Part shown: one piece after another, positions 36,813 to 46,949 of the stretch | Position numbering within the stretch: the stretch's first letter is position 1 | Layout of the letters: the number at the start of each line of letters is the position of its first letter | Assembly (NCBI GenBank): GCA_050951365.1 | Contig: JBMNIX010000011.1 | Span: 8,845-72,844 of the forward strand | From: a bacterium | GTDB lineage: Bacteria; Bacillota; DTU030; DUMP01 | DNA length: 64,000 nt | Reading direction: 5' to 3' | Position numbers and translations under genes: made by a program | The notes under the pieces: generated by a model | Databases searched by the model: none | Seen by the model: only the letters and a program-made list of their open reading frames with translations | Told to the model about the DNA's origin: nothing

Positions 36813-38480
36813 CTAGATCTCAATAATTATCGGCAGGATATTCGGCCTTCTGCCTGTGACCGCATCGAAGTACGCCCCCAGTGTCTCTTGGATCTTGAGC
36901 TTTATCACCGACCATTCAGTGATCTTCTTCTCCTCAATTTCCTTTAGTACCGCGCTGGCCTGCTTCTTGGCTGACTCCAAGAGGGCTTCAGACTCACGCA
37001 CATAGACAAAGCCACGGGTGATGATATCTGGTCCAGAGAGGAACTTCTCCCGCTGCTTATCCATCACCACCACTACAACAAGAACCCCATTGGTGGCCAG
37101 GGATAAACGATCCCGCAGCACAATATGGCCCACGTCCCCTATCCCAAGCCCGTCAATAAAAACAGAGCCGGATTGTACATGGCCGGTGATAGCCCCTTTT
37201 TCTCTGCTAACCTCGATCCTGTCTCCAATATCAGGAATAAGAACGTTCTCGCGCTTAATACCAAGTTCTTCTGCAATCTTGAGAAAGGCCGCTAGATGCC
37301 GGTACTCGCCATGGAAGGGCACTAGGTAGCGCGGGCGTACCATATTAATCATGAGCTTAATCTCTTCCCGGCTGGCGTGACCCGAGACGTGGACTTGCGC
37401 CACTCCCTTGTAGATCACCTCTGCCCCTAGGCGGAAGAGATTATCAATGGTACGACCCACCAGACTCTCGTTGCCTGGAATGGGGGTGGCAGAAATGACC
37501 ACTGTGTCACCACGCCGGATTTGTACCTGCCGGTGATCATTGGTGGCCATCCGCGTTAAGGCGGCCATGGGCTCACCCTGGCTGCCAGTGGTGAGGAGCA
37601 CTACTTTGTTATCTGGCAGGTGCCCTACCTCTTCCAGCTCCACCAAGGCTCCCTTGGGCACCCTGAGATAGCCCAACTCCTCTGAAACGGCGACATTCTC
37701 ACGCATACTGCGGCCGGCAATGGCCACCTTGCGTCCATAGCGCACCGCCACGTCTATAGCTTGTTGAATCCGGTGTATGTTTGAAGCAAAGGTAGCAATA
37801 AGAACGCGACCCTCTGCTTTCTCAAAAATGCGGTCGAAGGTCTCACCTACCACTTTCTCAGAGGAGGTATAGCCCGGACGCTCGGCGTTGGTGGCATCAC
37901 AGAAAAGGGCTAATACACCCTGGTCTCCCAGGGCCGAAAGGCGGCTCATATCCGTTTGGCGGCCATCCACCGGGGTAAGATCGATCTTAAAGTCCCCGGA
38001 ATGAACAATAACCCCTGCCGGTGTGTGAATTGCCAGGGCACAGCCATCGGGAATACTGTGATTTGTACGAATCCACTCCACGGTGATCTGGCCCAGCTTG
38101 GCCGGTGCCTCACCTGGAACCACAACGTTGAGCTTTGCCTGCTTGTTGAGACGGTGTTCCTCTAGTTTCTTGCGCACCAGCCCAATGGTAAGCTTCGTAC
38201 CATAAACAGGAACGCTTAGCCGCGGAAGTACGTAAGGCAGAGCACCAATGTGGTCTTCGTGCCCGTGGGTAAGGACGATACCGCGCACACGTTCCTGATT
38301 CTCCAGCAGGTAATCAATATCTGGAACAACCAGGTCGATGCCCAGCAGCTCTTCGTCGGGAAAGGCCACTCCTGCATCGATGATCACTATGTCATCCCCG
38401 TATTCCACCGCTGTCATGTTCTTGCCTATTTCCCGTGTTCCGCCCAAAGGAATCAGAGAGACAGTGGGTGCCGCAGTCAT
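36813..38480 (-). CDS. rnj: ribonuclease J
   Basis: LIPLGGTREIGKNMTAVEY, the metallo-beta-lactamase motif THGHEDHIGALPY, and beta-CASP plus C-terminal domains. ATG 38480 has RBS AAGGAGGG. Confidence 0.9.
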   Translation of the reverse strand: MTAAPTVSLIPLGGTREIGKNMTAVEYGDDIVIIDAGVAFPDEELLGIDLVVPDIDYLLENQERVRGIVLTHGHEDHIGALPYVLPRLSVPVYGTKLTIGLVRKKLEEHRLNKQAKLNVVVPGEAPAKLGQITVEWIRTNHSIPDGCALAIHTPAGVIVHSGDFKIDLTPVDGRQTDMSRLSALGDQGVLALFCDATNAERPGYTSSEKVVGETFDRIFEKAEGRVLIATFASNIHRIQQAIDVAVRYGRKVAIAGRSMRENVAVSEELGYLRVPKGALVELEEVGHLPDNKVVLLTTGSQGEPMAALTRMATNDHRQVQIRRGDTVVISATPIPGNESLVGRTIDNLFRLGAEVIYKGVAQVHVSGHASREEIKLMINMVRPRYLVPFHGEYRHLAAFLKIAEELGIKRENVLIPDIGDRIEVSREKGAITGHVQSGSVFIDGLGIGDVGHIVLRDRLSLATNGVLVVVVVMDKQREKFLSGPDIITRGFVYVRESEALLESAKKQASAVLKEIEEKKITEWSVIKLKIQETLGAYFDAVTGRRPNILPIIIEI

Positions 38481-38554
38481 GCCAACCCTCCTTCGCCGAA
38501 CCGGTCTCTTTCTCTTTGTCCTTTCCACTAAATTCCCCAACTTCCTTCATTTTC

Positions 38555-39745
38555 TCACGTAATTGAAATAATCTCAGCCTCCTGCACTGCTCGTTCCAGA
38601 AGTTCCGTTGCTATAAGGTCCTGCTCCGCCTTTTCCACTTTAGTCAAGATAGGCCGGGTCTGTGGATGACGCGGTACAAACACCGTACAACAGTCTTCAT
38701 AGGGCCGAATTGAGATGTCATAGGTGCCGATATGGATAGCCCGGGAAATGATCTCTTCTTTATCTAAGGCAACCAGGGGACGGAGTATCGGAAGTGTAAC
38801 CACCGCTCCCGTGGCCGCCAAGCTGGGTAGGGTTTGGCTTGCCACCTGACCCACGCTTTCTCCGGTTACCAGGGCAATAGCCTTCTCTTTCTGCGCTATC
38901 TGTTCAGCAATCCGCATCATCATCCGCCGCATGAGAATAGTAAGCAGCTCGTCTGGGCCGTCCTTGTGCAGCTTCTTTTGTATCTCAGTAAAAGGGATCA
39001 CATAAAGTTTGATTGAACCACTGTAACGGGCCAAAACCCGGCAGAGATCGACCACCTTCTCCTTTGCCCGGTCGCTGGTAAAAGGGAAGCTGTGGAAGTA
39101 AACTGGGATAACCTCCACGCCTCGCTTCATGGTCATCCAACCCGCTACAGGGCTATCAATCCCACCGGAAAGGAGCAAAACTACCCTGCCGCTAACGCCT
39201 ATCGGCAGCCCCCCCGGCCCGGGCAGGGAACGCCAGTAAATGTAGGCAGCCCGTTCCCTGATCTCAACCTGGAGCGTAACCTGCGGCTGGTGTACGTCTA
39301 CGCTCAAGCCGGAAACAGAGCGTAAGATGTGCGCTCCCAACTCCCTACTTACCTCGGGAGACTTTAGGAGGAAGGATTTGTTGGGTCTCCTGGTCTCCAC
39401 CTTGAAAGTAGTGTAACCCTCCTGACGGGCCTCTTTTAGGGCAACCACTGCGGCAGTCTTGATCTGGGGTAGGTTCAGGTCCGCGCTCAGCGTAGGACTT
39501 ACCCCTACCAAACCGAAGACGCGCGTCAATCTCTGGCAGGCCGCCTCCATATCTCCGTTCAAGTAGATATAAATACGGCCGTACTCGCGCTCAATCCGTT
39601 CTACAGCAAAGTCCGTCAAAGCCGCCTGCATGTTGAGAATCAGTTTTTCTTCAAAGGCCCGCCGGTTTCTACCTTTAAGGCCAATCTCTCCGTAGCGCGC
39701 TAGGATTAACTCTGGCACAACAATCACATCCTCACAAAAAAACAC
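38555..39745 (-). CDS. thiI: tRNA 4-thiouridine synthase ThiI
   Basis: ILARYGEIGLKGRNRRAFE (N-terminal ferredoxin-like/THUMP region) and the PP-loop LLLSGGIDSPVA. The exact start is uncertain (GTG 39745 or downstream GTGs). Confidence 0.85.
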   Translation of the reverse strand: MFFCEDVIVVPELILARYGEIGLKGRNRRAFEEKLILNMQAALTDFAVERIEREYGRIYIYLNGDMEAACQRLTRVFGLVGVSPTLSADLNLPQIKTAAVVALKEARQEGYTTFKVETRRPNKSFLLKSPEVSRELGAHILRSVSGLSVDVHQPQVTLQVEIRERAAYIYWRSLPGPGGLPIGVSGRVVLLLSGGIDSPVAGWMTMKRGVEVIPVYFHSFPFTSDRAKEKVVDLCRVLARYSGSIKLYVIPFTEIQKKLHKDGPDELLTILMRRMMMRIAEQIAQKEKAIALVTGESVGQVASQTLPSLAATGAVVTLPILRPLVALDKEEIISRAIHIGTYDISIRPYEDCCTVFVPRHPQTRPILTKVEKAEQDLIATELLERAVQEAEIISIT

Positions 39746-39772
39746 AAGAAACCGCTATCTCCATAAAGAAAG

Positions 39773-40960
39773 CTAACGCCTGCGCGTATACAGGCGCAGC
39801 TCAGGTACAATCTCCTTCAGGCACTCCACTGTGTAGTCTATTTCTTCCTCGGTATTTGTCGGTACGAAGCTGAAGCGTAGAGCTCCCTCGCATCGACTGG
39901 GCGCAAGGTTCATAGCCTCCAGCACGTGACTGACAGAAGCACCATGCGCGGAGCAGGCTGAACCGGTGGACACATAGACTCCCTTCTCCTCCAAGGCATG
40001 CAGGAGTACCTCGCCCCTGATGCCCAAGAAGGACAGGTTGAGGATGTGGGCTGCCCCCCGCTCGTCCTGGGGACCGTTGGCATAGGTGTCTGGAATCTCG
40101 GCTTGAACCCTCTCTCTCAACCGCGACTTTAGTTTACCCATGTGCGCCATTGCCTCAGTATGCTGGGCCCACATCAACCTGGCCGCAACCCCCAAGCCAA
40201 TAATCCCCGGTACGTTCTCGGTGCCGGATCGCAGACCTGCCTCTTGACCACCCCCTACCAACTGGGCCTCCAGGCGCAGCCCCCTACGGACAAAGAGGGC
40301 CCCCACTCCCTTTGGCCCCTGTAACTTGTGACCACTCAGGGAGACAAGGTCCACACCCAGGCGGTGAGGTACCAGGGGCAGGCGAGCAAAACCCTGCACC
40401 GCATCGATATGCCATGCGGGTCTCGGCTTTGCGCTGTCTAAGATGGCCTTGATGGCCTCCAAAGGGGCCACAGCCCCCATTTCGTTGTTGACATGCATAG
40501 TGCTCACCAATATGGTCTCGGGGCTAAGGGCTCGCTCTAACTCATGGAGCACCACCATGCCCTCTTCATCCACTGGCAGGTAGGTCACGTTGAAACCTTC
40601 CCGCTCCAGGCGGCGAAAAGCCTCCAATACCGACGGGTGTTCCGCTTGGGTAGTGATAAGGTGGCGACCCTGACGTACCCGCGCTCGGGCGAGGCCAAAA
40701 ATAGCCAGGTTGTTCGACTCGGTGCCACCTGAGGTAAAGCAGATCTCCTCAGGACCGGCAGCCAGCACCTGTGCCACGGCCGCACGGGCTTTTTTGAGCT
40801 CTTGTTCGGCGGCCTGGCCGCGCCGGTGCGCGGAGGAGGGGTTACCGTAATTCTTTTGGAACGCCTCTACCATAGCAGCCACTACTTCTTGACGCACCTT
40901 GGTAGTAGCACTATTATCGAGATAAATCTCCGGCACCTGGGCACCCCCTTGTATAATCAT
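39773..40960 (-). CDS. cysteine desulfurase (NifS/IscS class V aminotransferase), paired with thiI
   Basis: YLDNSATT, the PLP-Lys motif LSGHKLQGPKGVGAL, and the active-site loop STGSACSA. Confidence 0.85.
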   Translation of the reverse strand: MIIQGGAQVPEIYLDNSATTKVRQEVVAAMVEAFQKNYGNPSSAHRRGQAAEQELKKARAAVAQVLAAGPEEICFTSGGTESNNLAIFGLARARVRQGRHLITTQAEHPSVLEAFRRLEREGFNVTYLPVDEEGMVVLHELERALSPETILVSTMHVNNEMGAVAPLEAIKAILDSAKPRPAWHIDAVQGFARLPLVPHRLGVDLVSLSGHKLQGPKGVGALFVRRGLRLEAQLVGGGQEAGLRSGTENVPGIIGLGVAARLMWAQHTEAMAHMGKLKSRLRERVQAEIPDTYANGPQDERGAAHILNLSFLGIRGEVLLHALEEKGVYVSTGSACSAHGASVSHVLEAMNLAPSRCEGALRFSFVPTNTEEEIDYTVECLKEIVPELRLYTRRR

Positions 40961-41034
40961 TCCGCAAACGAGCTGGCATGTAGTATAATTGGTTGGTGAC
41001 CGGTCTGTCTTTCATCCCAAGGAGGGGTAATAGC

Positions 41035-41784
41035 GTGTCACCCGCAACTAGTACCTGGCTTGAAACTGCCACTCTCGTCCTTACACACTATGGTGTAAGC
41101 GGGCTCATTTTCACTGCTTTTACGGAAGCGTCCTTTTTCCCTCTGCCGCCTGACCTTATCCTGGTACCTCTTTGTCTGCTGCGGCCTGAGCTGGCCTGGT
41201 GGTATGCCCTTGTCACCACTCTGGCCTCTTCCGTGGGTGGTGTCTTTGGCGCCTTTATTGGCATTCGCTTCGGCCGCCCCCTGCTACAACGCCTAACCTC
41301 CGAACAGCGCATCGCGCAGGTGGAACATCTCTTTCAGCACTACGGCGGTTGGGCCGTAGCATTGGCGGCACTGACCCCGATACCCTATAAAGTATTTACC
41401 ATTGCAGCCGGGGTCTTTCGTGTAAACCCCTGGATTGTGCTTACTGCATCCCTGGGCGGGCGCGGCCTGCGTTTCTTTTTGGTAGCTTTCGCCATCTACC
41501 TGTGGGGCGATCACGCTACAGCTATTATCAGCACCTACCTGGGTCCCATTACCCTGGTATTAGGCCTGGTGCTTATCTTGGGCGCCTTGCTCTTTGAACG
41601 GCTGCCACGGGCACGCTACCGCCAATTGGTTTTGCCACTGATCCTTACTATTGTTATCGCTGTTGTCCTGGCACACGTTAGCCTCAGAACCAATTATTTT
41701 ACGGATCTGCAATTGGCTGCCCTGGGACTCATCCTAACCCTTACTTGTTTTCTCTTGGCTTACCTGCCGGGCAGACGGCGTTAG
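41035..41784 (+). CDS. DedA/YqaA-family membrane protein
   Basis: FTEASFFPLPPDLILVP and GRGLRFF are typical of the YqaA/DedA (SNARE-associated) family. GTG 41035 has RBS AAGGAGGGG. Confidence 0.65.
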   Translation: MSPATSTWLETATLVLTHYGVSGLIFTAFTEASFFPLPPDLILVPLCLLRPELAWWYALVTTLASSVGGVFGAFIGIRFGRPLLQRLTSEQRIAQVEHLFQHYGGWAVALAALTPIPYKVFTIAAGVFRVNPWIVLTASLGGRGLRFFLVAFAIYLWGDHATAIISTYLGPITLVLGLVLILGALLFERLPRARYRQLVLPLILTIVIAVVLAHVSLRTNYFTDLQLAALGLILTLTCFLLAYLPGRRR

Positions 41785-41794
41785 TACCTTCTGC

Positions 41795-42646
41795 CTAAAC
41801 TGTATAGAAAATAATCCCTGCCGCCCCAGGTCCCACGTGGTTTCCGACCACCGGTCCAAACTCAGAAGGAATTACCTTGGCCTGTGGCACTGCCTCTCGC
41901 AACAACTGCTGGAGGCGGCCACTGGTTTCTTTGTCATCGGCATCAACAACAGTGGCTGTCACCTTGTCCTTGCCGGCGCAAGCCTCCGCTGTGAGCTCCA
42001 CTATCCGTTCCAAGGCCTTTTTCTTGGTTCGCACCTTCTCGTGTACACTGATAACGCCCTCTTCATCTTTGAGGCCCAAGATAGGCTTTACCTGCAACAT
42101 TGAACCCACCAGAGTCTGAGCAGCACCAATACGCCCACCCTTGTACAAATAGCGGAGACTATCTACCATAAAAAAAGCCTTTAGGTCACGGATAATGGTC
42201 CGACAACGCTCCAGAACTGCCTCCAGAGGCGCGTTCTCAGCTGCTGCCCGGGCTGCCTCCAAGACAATGAAACCCAGCCCCATGCAGGTGAAGCGGCTGT
42301 CTAGTATGTGGATATCTAGGTCCGGCAACATACGTCGCGCTGTCTCAGCTGCAGCCACTGTACCGCTAAGGTCGCCGGAAATGTGGATAGAGACGATGCT
42401 GGCTCCCTGTCGGCCGAGCTCTTGATACAAAGCGGCAAACTCTCCCGCCGGTGGCTGGGAGGTGGTGGGCAGCGTCTTAGCTGTACGGAGTCGCCGGAAA
42501 AACTCAGCGTTGGTTATGTCCATCCCTTCGCGCAGTGATACCCCTTCCATGTTCACCCTGAGTGGCACCACATGTATACCGTGTTCCTGTATCAGTTCCA
42601 TCGGAAGATAGGCGGTGCTGTCTGTAACCACATGAATTTTTCCCAC
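41795..42646 (-). CDS. DegV-family fatty-acid-binding protein
   Basis: IHVVTDSTAYLP...VVPLRV...TSQPPAGEF...ISGDLSGT is the DegV signature. Confidence 0.85.
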   Translation of the reverse strand: MGKIHVVTDSTAYLPMELIQEHGIHVVPLRVNMEGVSLREGMDITNAEFFRRLRTAKTLPTTSQPPAGEFAALYQELGRQGASIVSIHISGDLSGTVAAAETARRMLPDLDIHILDSRFTCMGLGFIVLEAARAAAENAPLEAVLERCRTIIRDLKAFFMVDSLRYLYKGGRIGAAQTLVGSMLQVKPILGLKDEEGVISVHEKVRTKKKALERIVELTAEACAGKDKVTATVVDADDKETSGRLQQLLREAVPQAKVIPSEFGPVVGNHVGPGAAGIIFYTV

Positions 42647-42687
42647 TTATACTTCTCTCCCTACTGCCCCATGCCACACTGGAGGGG

Positions 42688-43032
42688 CTAGTCTAATTCG
42701 GCTTGTACGTCCTGCTCTCGGCGCTGTGCCTCTTCTAAGGCGTTAACCCGCTTCTCCAAGGCGGCAATACGCTTCTCCAGCACTCCTAGCTCGTCCCTGG
42801 ACACACCCTTAAGAGCCTTTAGGGTGCGCTCAGTTTGCTCCTGCGCCAAGCGTAGCACGTTGTCGCGCTCCCTCTGGCCCCGTTCCCAAAGGTCGCGGAG
42901 CATCTCCTTGGCCTCGTCTTGGGTTATCTCGCCTTTCTTTACCAGTTCATCAATTCCTTTTTCTAGGGTTTCCTTGGTCATGGTAAGGGCACCTAACCCA
43001 AGCAGCATGGCCTTTCTGAGAACGCTACTCAT
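42688..43032 (-). CDS. phasin-like coiled-coil protein (COG3937-like)
   Basis: MSSVLRKAMLLGLGALTMTKETLEKGIDELVKKGEITQDEAKEM... followed by a coiled coil. ATG 43032 has RBS AGGAGGT. Confidence 0.5.
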   Translation of the reverse strand: MSSVLRKAMLLGLGALTMTKETLEKGIDELVKKGEITQDEAKEMLRDLWERGQRERDNVLRLAQEQTERTLKALKGVSRDELGVLEKRIAALEKRVNALEEAQRREQDVQAELD

Positions 43033-43272
43033 GCCTCTTACCTCCTGCTGGATCTTAATTTCAGGATACCCGTAAAACCTGGCTCTCAACCCTTACATCA
43101 TATACTATTCACCTGGTGCTTCTTCAAAAGTTATCATATATATAGTGGAAGAGGTTGTCAATGACACCCAGCTTGCACCTTGGGAAGGATTTTCTCCCTC
43201 TGGAACGAAGAGTATAGCATAGTGCAGAGGCCAAATACACCACTGGATTTGTGTTGGAAAGGAGCCAATACC

Positions 43273-44682
43273 GTGAAGCTTAAGTACCGCGCCCTTTCTT
43301 TTTATCTATTGTTCTGCTTGGTAGCAGTAGCCCTGGTTCCCACAAGTGTTGCGGCTGCAGCCCCAATTCGTGTTTTCTTAAATGGACGTCAGCTCTCTTT
43401 TGATACCCCACCCATATTAGAAGCAGGTCGGACCCTGGTACCTTTCCGGGCTATCGGCGAGGCTATGGGCGTTGCTGTTCATTGGGATACAGCCAGAAGG
43501 GTTGTAAGGGCGCAGCAACAGGGAGTCATCGTTGAGCTGCCAGTGGGTGAGAAAACAGCCACGGTAAACGGTCAGTCCGTCATCCTTGACGTACCTGCCA
43601 CGATTCGCCAAAACCGTACTCTGGTGCCGCTGCGTTTCTTTAGCCAGGCCTTTGGAGCTCAGGTACACTGGAACAACGCTACCCGTACTGTTACCATTAG
43701 TACTGGACCTGCCTCAGCCTACATACTGGGCTACTATTACTCTAAGTCTTACCAGGACTTTATGGAAAACTACCAGAACCTCTCCGGCGTGGCCGCCATG
43801 TGGTACACCTTAGATAGCAACGGTCGCCTCACAGGCCAAGCCGCAGCACGTGGTATATCGGTGCCACAAGGATACGAGGAGCCGCTGGCCGTCGCAGCGG
43901 AGAACGGGATCGAAACCTATGCCCTGGTCTTTGAAAACACCGCAGACAAGATTCACCAGGTGCTGGCTGATCGCACCTTGGGAGACCAACTGATTAGCGA
44001 CATTGTGCAGCTATTGAAAGACGAGGGTTACACAGGCGTTAACATTGACTTTGAAATGGTACGAGAAAGCGACGGTGCAAACCTCACCACCTTCATCCAG
44101 CGTCTCGGAGAAGCAGTGCATGCCGCAGGAAAGAAACTGGCTCTCTCACTCCCGGCCCGGACAGAAACAGGTTGGCACCGCGCCTATGACTATGCAGCTT
44201 TAGGCCGGGTGGCCGATCAGGTTGCTATTATGGCCTACGATTACGCCCCAGGAACCGCCGGCCCCCAGGCCACTTTACCCTGGGTGCGCCAGGTAGTAGA
44301 CTACACCTTAGAGCGCATCCCTGCTCATAAGGTCCTGCTGGGACTGCCGCTCTATGGTTACGACTGGTCCACACAGGGTCGCCGTACCGTCCTCTTTACG
44401 GAAACCGGCCTCAACGTCCTTTACCTGGACGACCTTTTCGCACGCTACCGCCCGGAGCTCAAGTGGGACGAGAAGTCCAGCCAGCCATACTTCAACTATG
44501 TGGATGAAAACGGTATTAACCACAGCGTTTGGTATGAAAACGCTGCTAGCATCGGGGCTAAACTCGACCTGGTACAGGAAAAGGGCCTCGCCGGCGTAGC
44601 TATCTGGCGGTTAGGATACACTACCCCTTGGTTTTATGCCTTGCTGGGCCAACGCTGGGTAGCGGAAAGCAAGACTAGCTAA
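43273..44682 (+). CDS. secreted glycoside hydrolase family 18-like protein with an N-terminal copper-amine-oxidase-like (stalk) domain; spore/cell-wall hydrolase-like
   Basis: A signal peptide follows GTG 43273. The stalk-domain repeats are TLVPFRAIGEAMG and TLVPLRFFSQAFG. The GH18 motif is GVNIDFE. Confidence 0.7.
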   Translation: MKLKYRALSFYLLFCLVAVALVPTSVAAAAPIRVFLNGRQLSFDTPPILEAGRTLVPFRAIGEAMGVAVHWDTARRVVRAQQQGVIVELPVGEKTATVNGQSVILDVPATIRQNRTLVPLRFFSQAFGAQVHWNNATRTVTISTGPASAYILGYYYSKSYQDFMENYQNLSGVAAMWYTLDSNGRLTGQAAARGISVPQGYEEPLAVAAENGIETYALVFENTADKIHQVLADRTLGDQLISDIVQLLKDEGYTGVNIDFEMVRESDGANLTTFIQRLGEAVHAAGKKLALSLPARTETGWHRAYDYAALGRVADQVAIMAYDYAPGTAGPQATLPWVRQVVDYTLERIPAHKVLLGLPLYGYDWSTQGRRTVLFTETGLNVLYLDDLFARYRPELKWDEKSSQPYFNYVDENGINHSVWYENAASIGAKLDLVQEKGLAGVAIWRLGYTTPWFYALLGQRWVAESKTS

Positions 44683-44706
44683 CTAGCTTTAAAAGGAGCG
44701 GGTACG

Positions 44707-45417
44707 ATGCGCGTTTGCGTCTATCCACTACCAAACCTTGTTCCGCGGGACCTTACAGGTCCTGCGGTGGTAATCGATGTGCTCCGAGCCACCAGCGTAA
44801 TGGTGACAGCTCTTGCCAATGGCGCGCATTCTATCCGAACCGTGGCAGAGGTCGAGAGTGCACGCTCCCTCGCTGACTCCTATCCCCCAGGCACAGTACT
44901 CTTGGGGGGTGAGAGGCGGGCTCTGCCTATCCCAGGGTTTGACTTTGGCAACTCCCCTTTGGAGTATACGAAGAACACGGTTCAGGGTAAGACCATTATC
45001 CTCACCACCACCAACGGTACACGGGCACTGGAAACCCTCAAGGGAGTGCGCCCCCTCTTTATTGGAGCTTTTTTGAACGGAAGCGCAGTTGCCAAGGCCC
45101 TGGCCAGCCTAGGCCAGGATGCAACGCTGGTTTGTTCCGGCACGCGCGGGCACTTCTCTCTGGATGACGCCGCATGTGCCGGAATGGTGTCAGCCCGGCT
45201 GCAGGAGCTGGTGCCAGGGCTTGAGCTGGATGATATGGCTTACACAGTGCTCAGCCTCTACCAGCAGCACCAAAAAAACCTGCGGGAACTGATACACCAC
45301 GCAGCCCACTGCCAATACCTAACGAGTATCGGCCTGGAAAAAGACATTACCTACTGCCTCCAGGAAGACCTCTTTGACCTGGTGCCCCAACTGGTTAATG
45401 AAGAAGTAAAGATATAA
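44707..45417 (+). CDS. comB: 2-phosphosulfolactate phosphatase family protein
   Basis: VVIDVLRATSVMVTAL, GGERRALPIPGFDFGNSPLEY and TTTNGTRAL are ComB-family motifs. Confidence 0.8.
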   Translation: MRVCVYPLPNLVPRDLTGPAVVIDVLRATSVMVTALANGAHSIRTVAEVESARSLADSYPPGTVLLGGERRALPIPGFDFGNSPLEYTKNTVQGKTIILTTTNGTRALETLKGVRPLFIGAFLNGSAVAKALASLGQDATLVCSGTRGHFSLDDAACAGMVSARLQELVPGLELDDMAYTVLSLYQQHQKNLRELIHHAAHCQYLTSIGLEKDITYCLQEDLFDLVPQLVNEEVKI

Positions 45418-45420
45418 CAA

Positions 45421-45449
45421 AAAGCCCTGCCCACCAGCAGGGTTTTATT
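45421..45449. terminator. bidirectional terminator
   Basis: Stem CCCTGC / GCAGGG with loop ccacca, flanked by an A5 tract and TTTTATT. Confidence 0.6.
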
Positions 45450-45457
45450 AACATATT

Positions 45458-45533
45458 TGGTAGCCCTATGGGGACTCGAACCCCAGTTTCCGCCGTGAGA
45501 GGGCGGCGTCCTAGACCGCTAGACGATAGGGCC
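45458..45533 (-). tRNA. tRNA-Glu (anticodon CUC)
   Basis: The reverse complement GGCCCTATCGTCTAGCGGTCTAGGACGCCGCCCTCTCACGGCGGAAACTGGGGTTCGAGTCCCCATAGGGCTACCA folds as a cloverleaf. The anticodon loop is CT-CTC-AC, the T-loop is TTCGAGT, and CCA is encoded. Confidence 0.9.
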
Positions 45534-45586
45534 ACATCTTCTCGCCAGTTGACATTATAGCATCACCCCGATTCTTCGTCAACCCC

Positions 45587-46381
45587 TTAGGGGGCATACA
45601 AGTGTTGGTACCTGCGGACACTGGGTTTTTCTCCTACATAGATCCCGTAGCCAAGAAAAGCATAAATTTTAGGCACAAATCTTGTGGCCAGGAGGTAACG
45701 GCGAGACCCTGGGTTGGTGTAAAAGAGCTGTAGCTGCCGCCACGAAGAGCGAAAGACCTCCGGCCAGCCATAGCGCCGGACAATTTGTTTAAGTTCCTGT
45801 CTTAGGTTAACTCCATGGATGCGAATCTCCAGGGCTGTAAGACCTGCACCCTTTAGCAGCTCTTCCCATGCATCTGGCAGCAAGACCTCCGCCGCATCAC
45901 TCAAGACCCCTTCAACAAAGTGTACATAGCCAGGCGGCGGTGTCCTAAGCCACGTAGGTTCGTTAAGCCCGATGCGTGCGCCGCTCTTGGCCACCCGTAC
46001 ATACTCACCCAATGCCATGGCTTTTTCAGCGATGAACACCGTCACCGACTCGGCAATTACAGCGTCAAAGCTGCTATCCGGAAAGGGTAGTTCGCGCGCA
46101 TCCGCCTCCAAGAACTCCACCCTGTCCGCCACCCCCTCACGCTCGGCTCTGTGCCGGGCGTGCTCCAGCATGCCTGAGGATAAGTCAACACCCACCACAG
46201 TACAACCAAGGCGTTTTACCAACTGGCAGGCTGTTACGCCTACACCGCAACCCACATCCAAAACGCACATACCGTCTTTCAATGCACAAAGCTGAATCAA
46301 CTCTTCCGTGGCCTCAAGACCGCCCAGGTGCCTGGTAAAACCAATCCGCGTTTGTATGTCAAAAACGCTGGCTTGAGTCAT
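45587..46381 (-). CDS. class I SAM-dependent methyltransferase
   Basis: The SAM motif VLDVGCGVGV and FDAVIAESV. ATG 46381 has RBS AAGGAGGGTGA. Confidence 0.8.
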   Translation of the reverse strand: MTQASVFDIQTRIGFTRHLGGLEATEELIQLCALKDGMCVLDVGCGVGVTACQLVKRLGCTVVGVDLSSGMLEHARHRAEREGVADRVEFLEADARELPFPDSSFDAVIAESVTVFIAEKAMALGEYVRVAKSGARIGLNEPTWLRTPPPGYVHFVEGVLSDAAEVLLPDAWEELLKGAGLTALEIRIHGVNLRQELKQIVRRYGWPEVFRSSWRQLQLFYTNPGSRRYLLATRFVPKIYAFLGYGIYVGEKPSVRRYQHLYAP

Positions 46382-46563
46382 GCTTTCACCCTCCTTCAAG
46401 CTGGTTTCAGGGTCCTACTACTCAGCTAGCCTATGCCATAGGGTGATGCGCTGTGACCATTATTCACGGCCCGTGGCGCAAAAATCTGCTACAGCCCAAG
46501 CACACTGGCGAGGGCACCTGCATACTTTATGACAACTAAATCGAAGGAGGTCACGGTGGGACT

Positions 46564-46899
46564 ATGGAGAAAGACTTTGGTCAGTTGCCACACGACTTTC
46601 AGGCCTTCTTGAACCCCGAAAACATAGAAGCTGCCATAGCCCAAGCCCAAGAAACCTTGAACAACCCAGAGAAGATTCAGGAGGTGCTTGAAAAAAGCGG
46701 CATTCCCAGCGAAGCCATGGCCAATCCGGAACTGCTTCTTAAGATAACCCAGGACATGGTGAAAGCCCTGGACCCAGAAATCAAGAAGTCTCTTAGTAGT
46801 TTTGTCGATCAAGTGCTGGCTGGAGCGCCAACCCCACCACCCCAGGAGATACAAGGCTTCCTCCAAGACATCCTTGTCACAGAGGACGGAGACAAATAG
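46564..46899 (+). CDS. hypothetical acidic protein
   Basis: 111 aa with RBS GAAGGAGG. It is followed by a strong GC hairpin at 46917-46935. Confidence 0.5.
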   Translation: MEKDFGQLPHDFQAFLNPENIEAAIAQAQETLNNPEKIQEVLEKSGIPSEAMANPELLLKITQDMVKALDPEIKKSLSSFVDQVLAGAPTPPPQEIQGFLQDILVTEDGDK

Positions 46900-46911
46900 C
46901 AGGTTAATAAG

Positions 46912-46944
46912 AAAACCCCCGGCCCAAGGCCGGGGACTTTCTTT
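46912..46944. terminator. bidirectional terminator
   Basis: An 8-bp GC stem CCCCGGCC-caa-GGCCGGGG flanked by A- and T-rich runs. It lies between converging ORFs. Confidence 0.65.
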
Positions 46945-46949
46945 AGCTG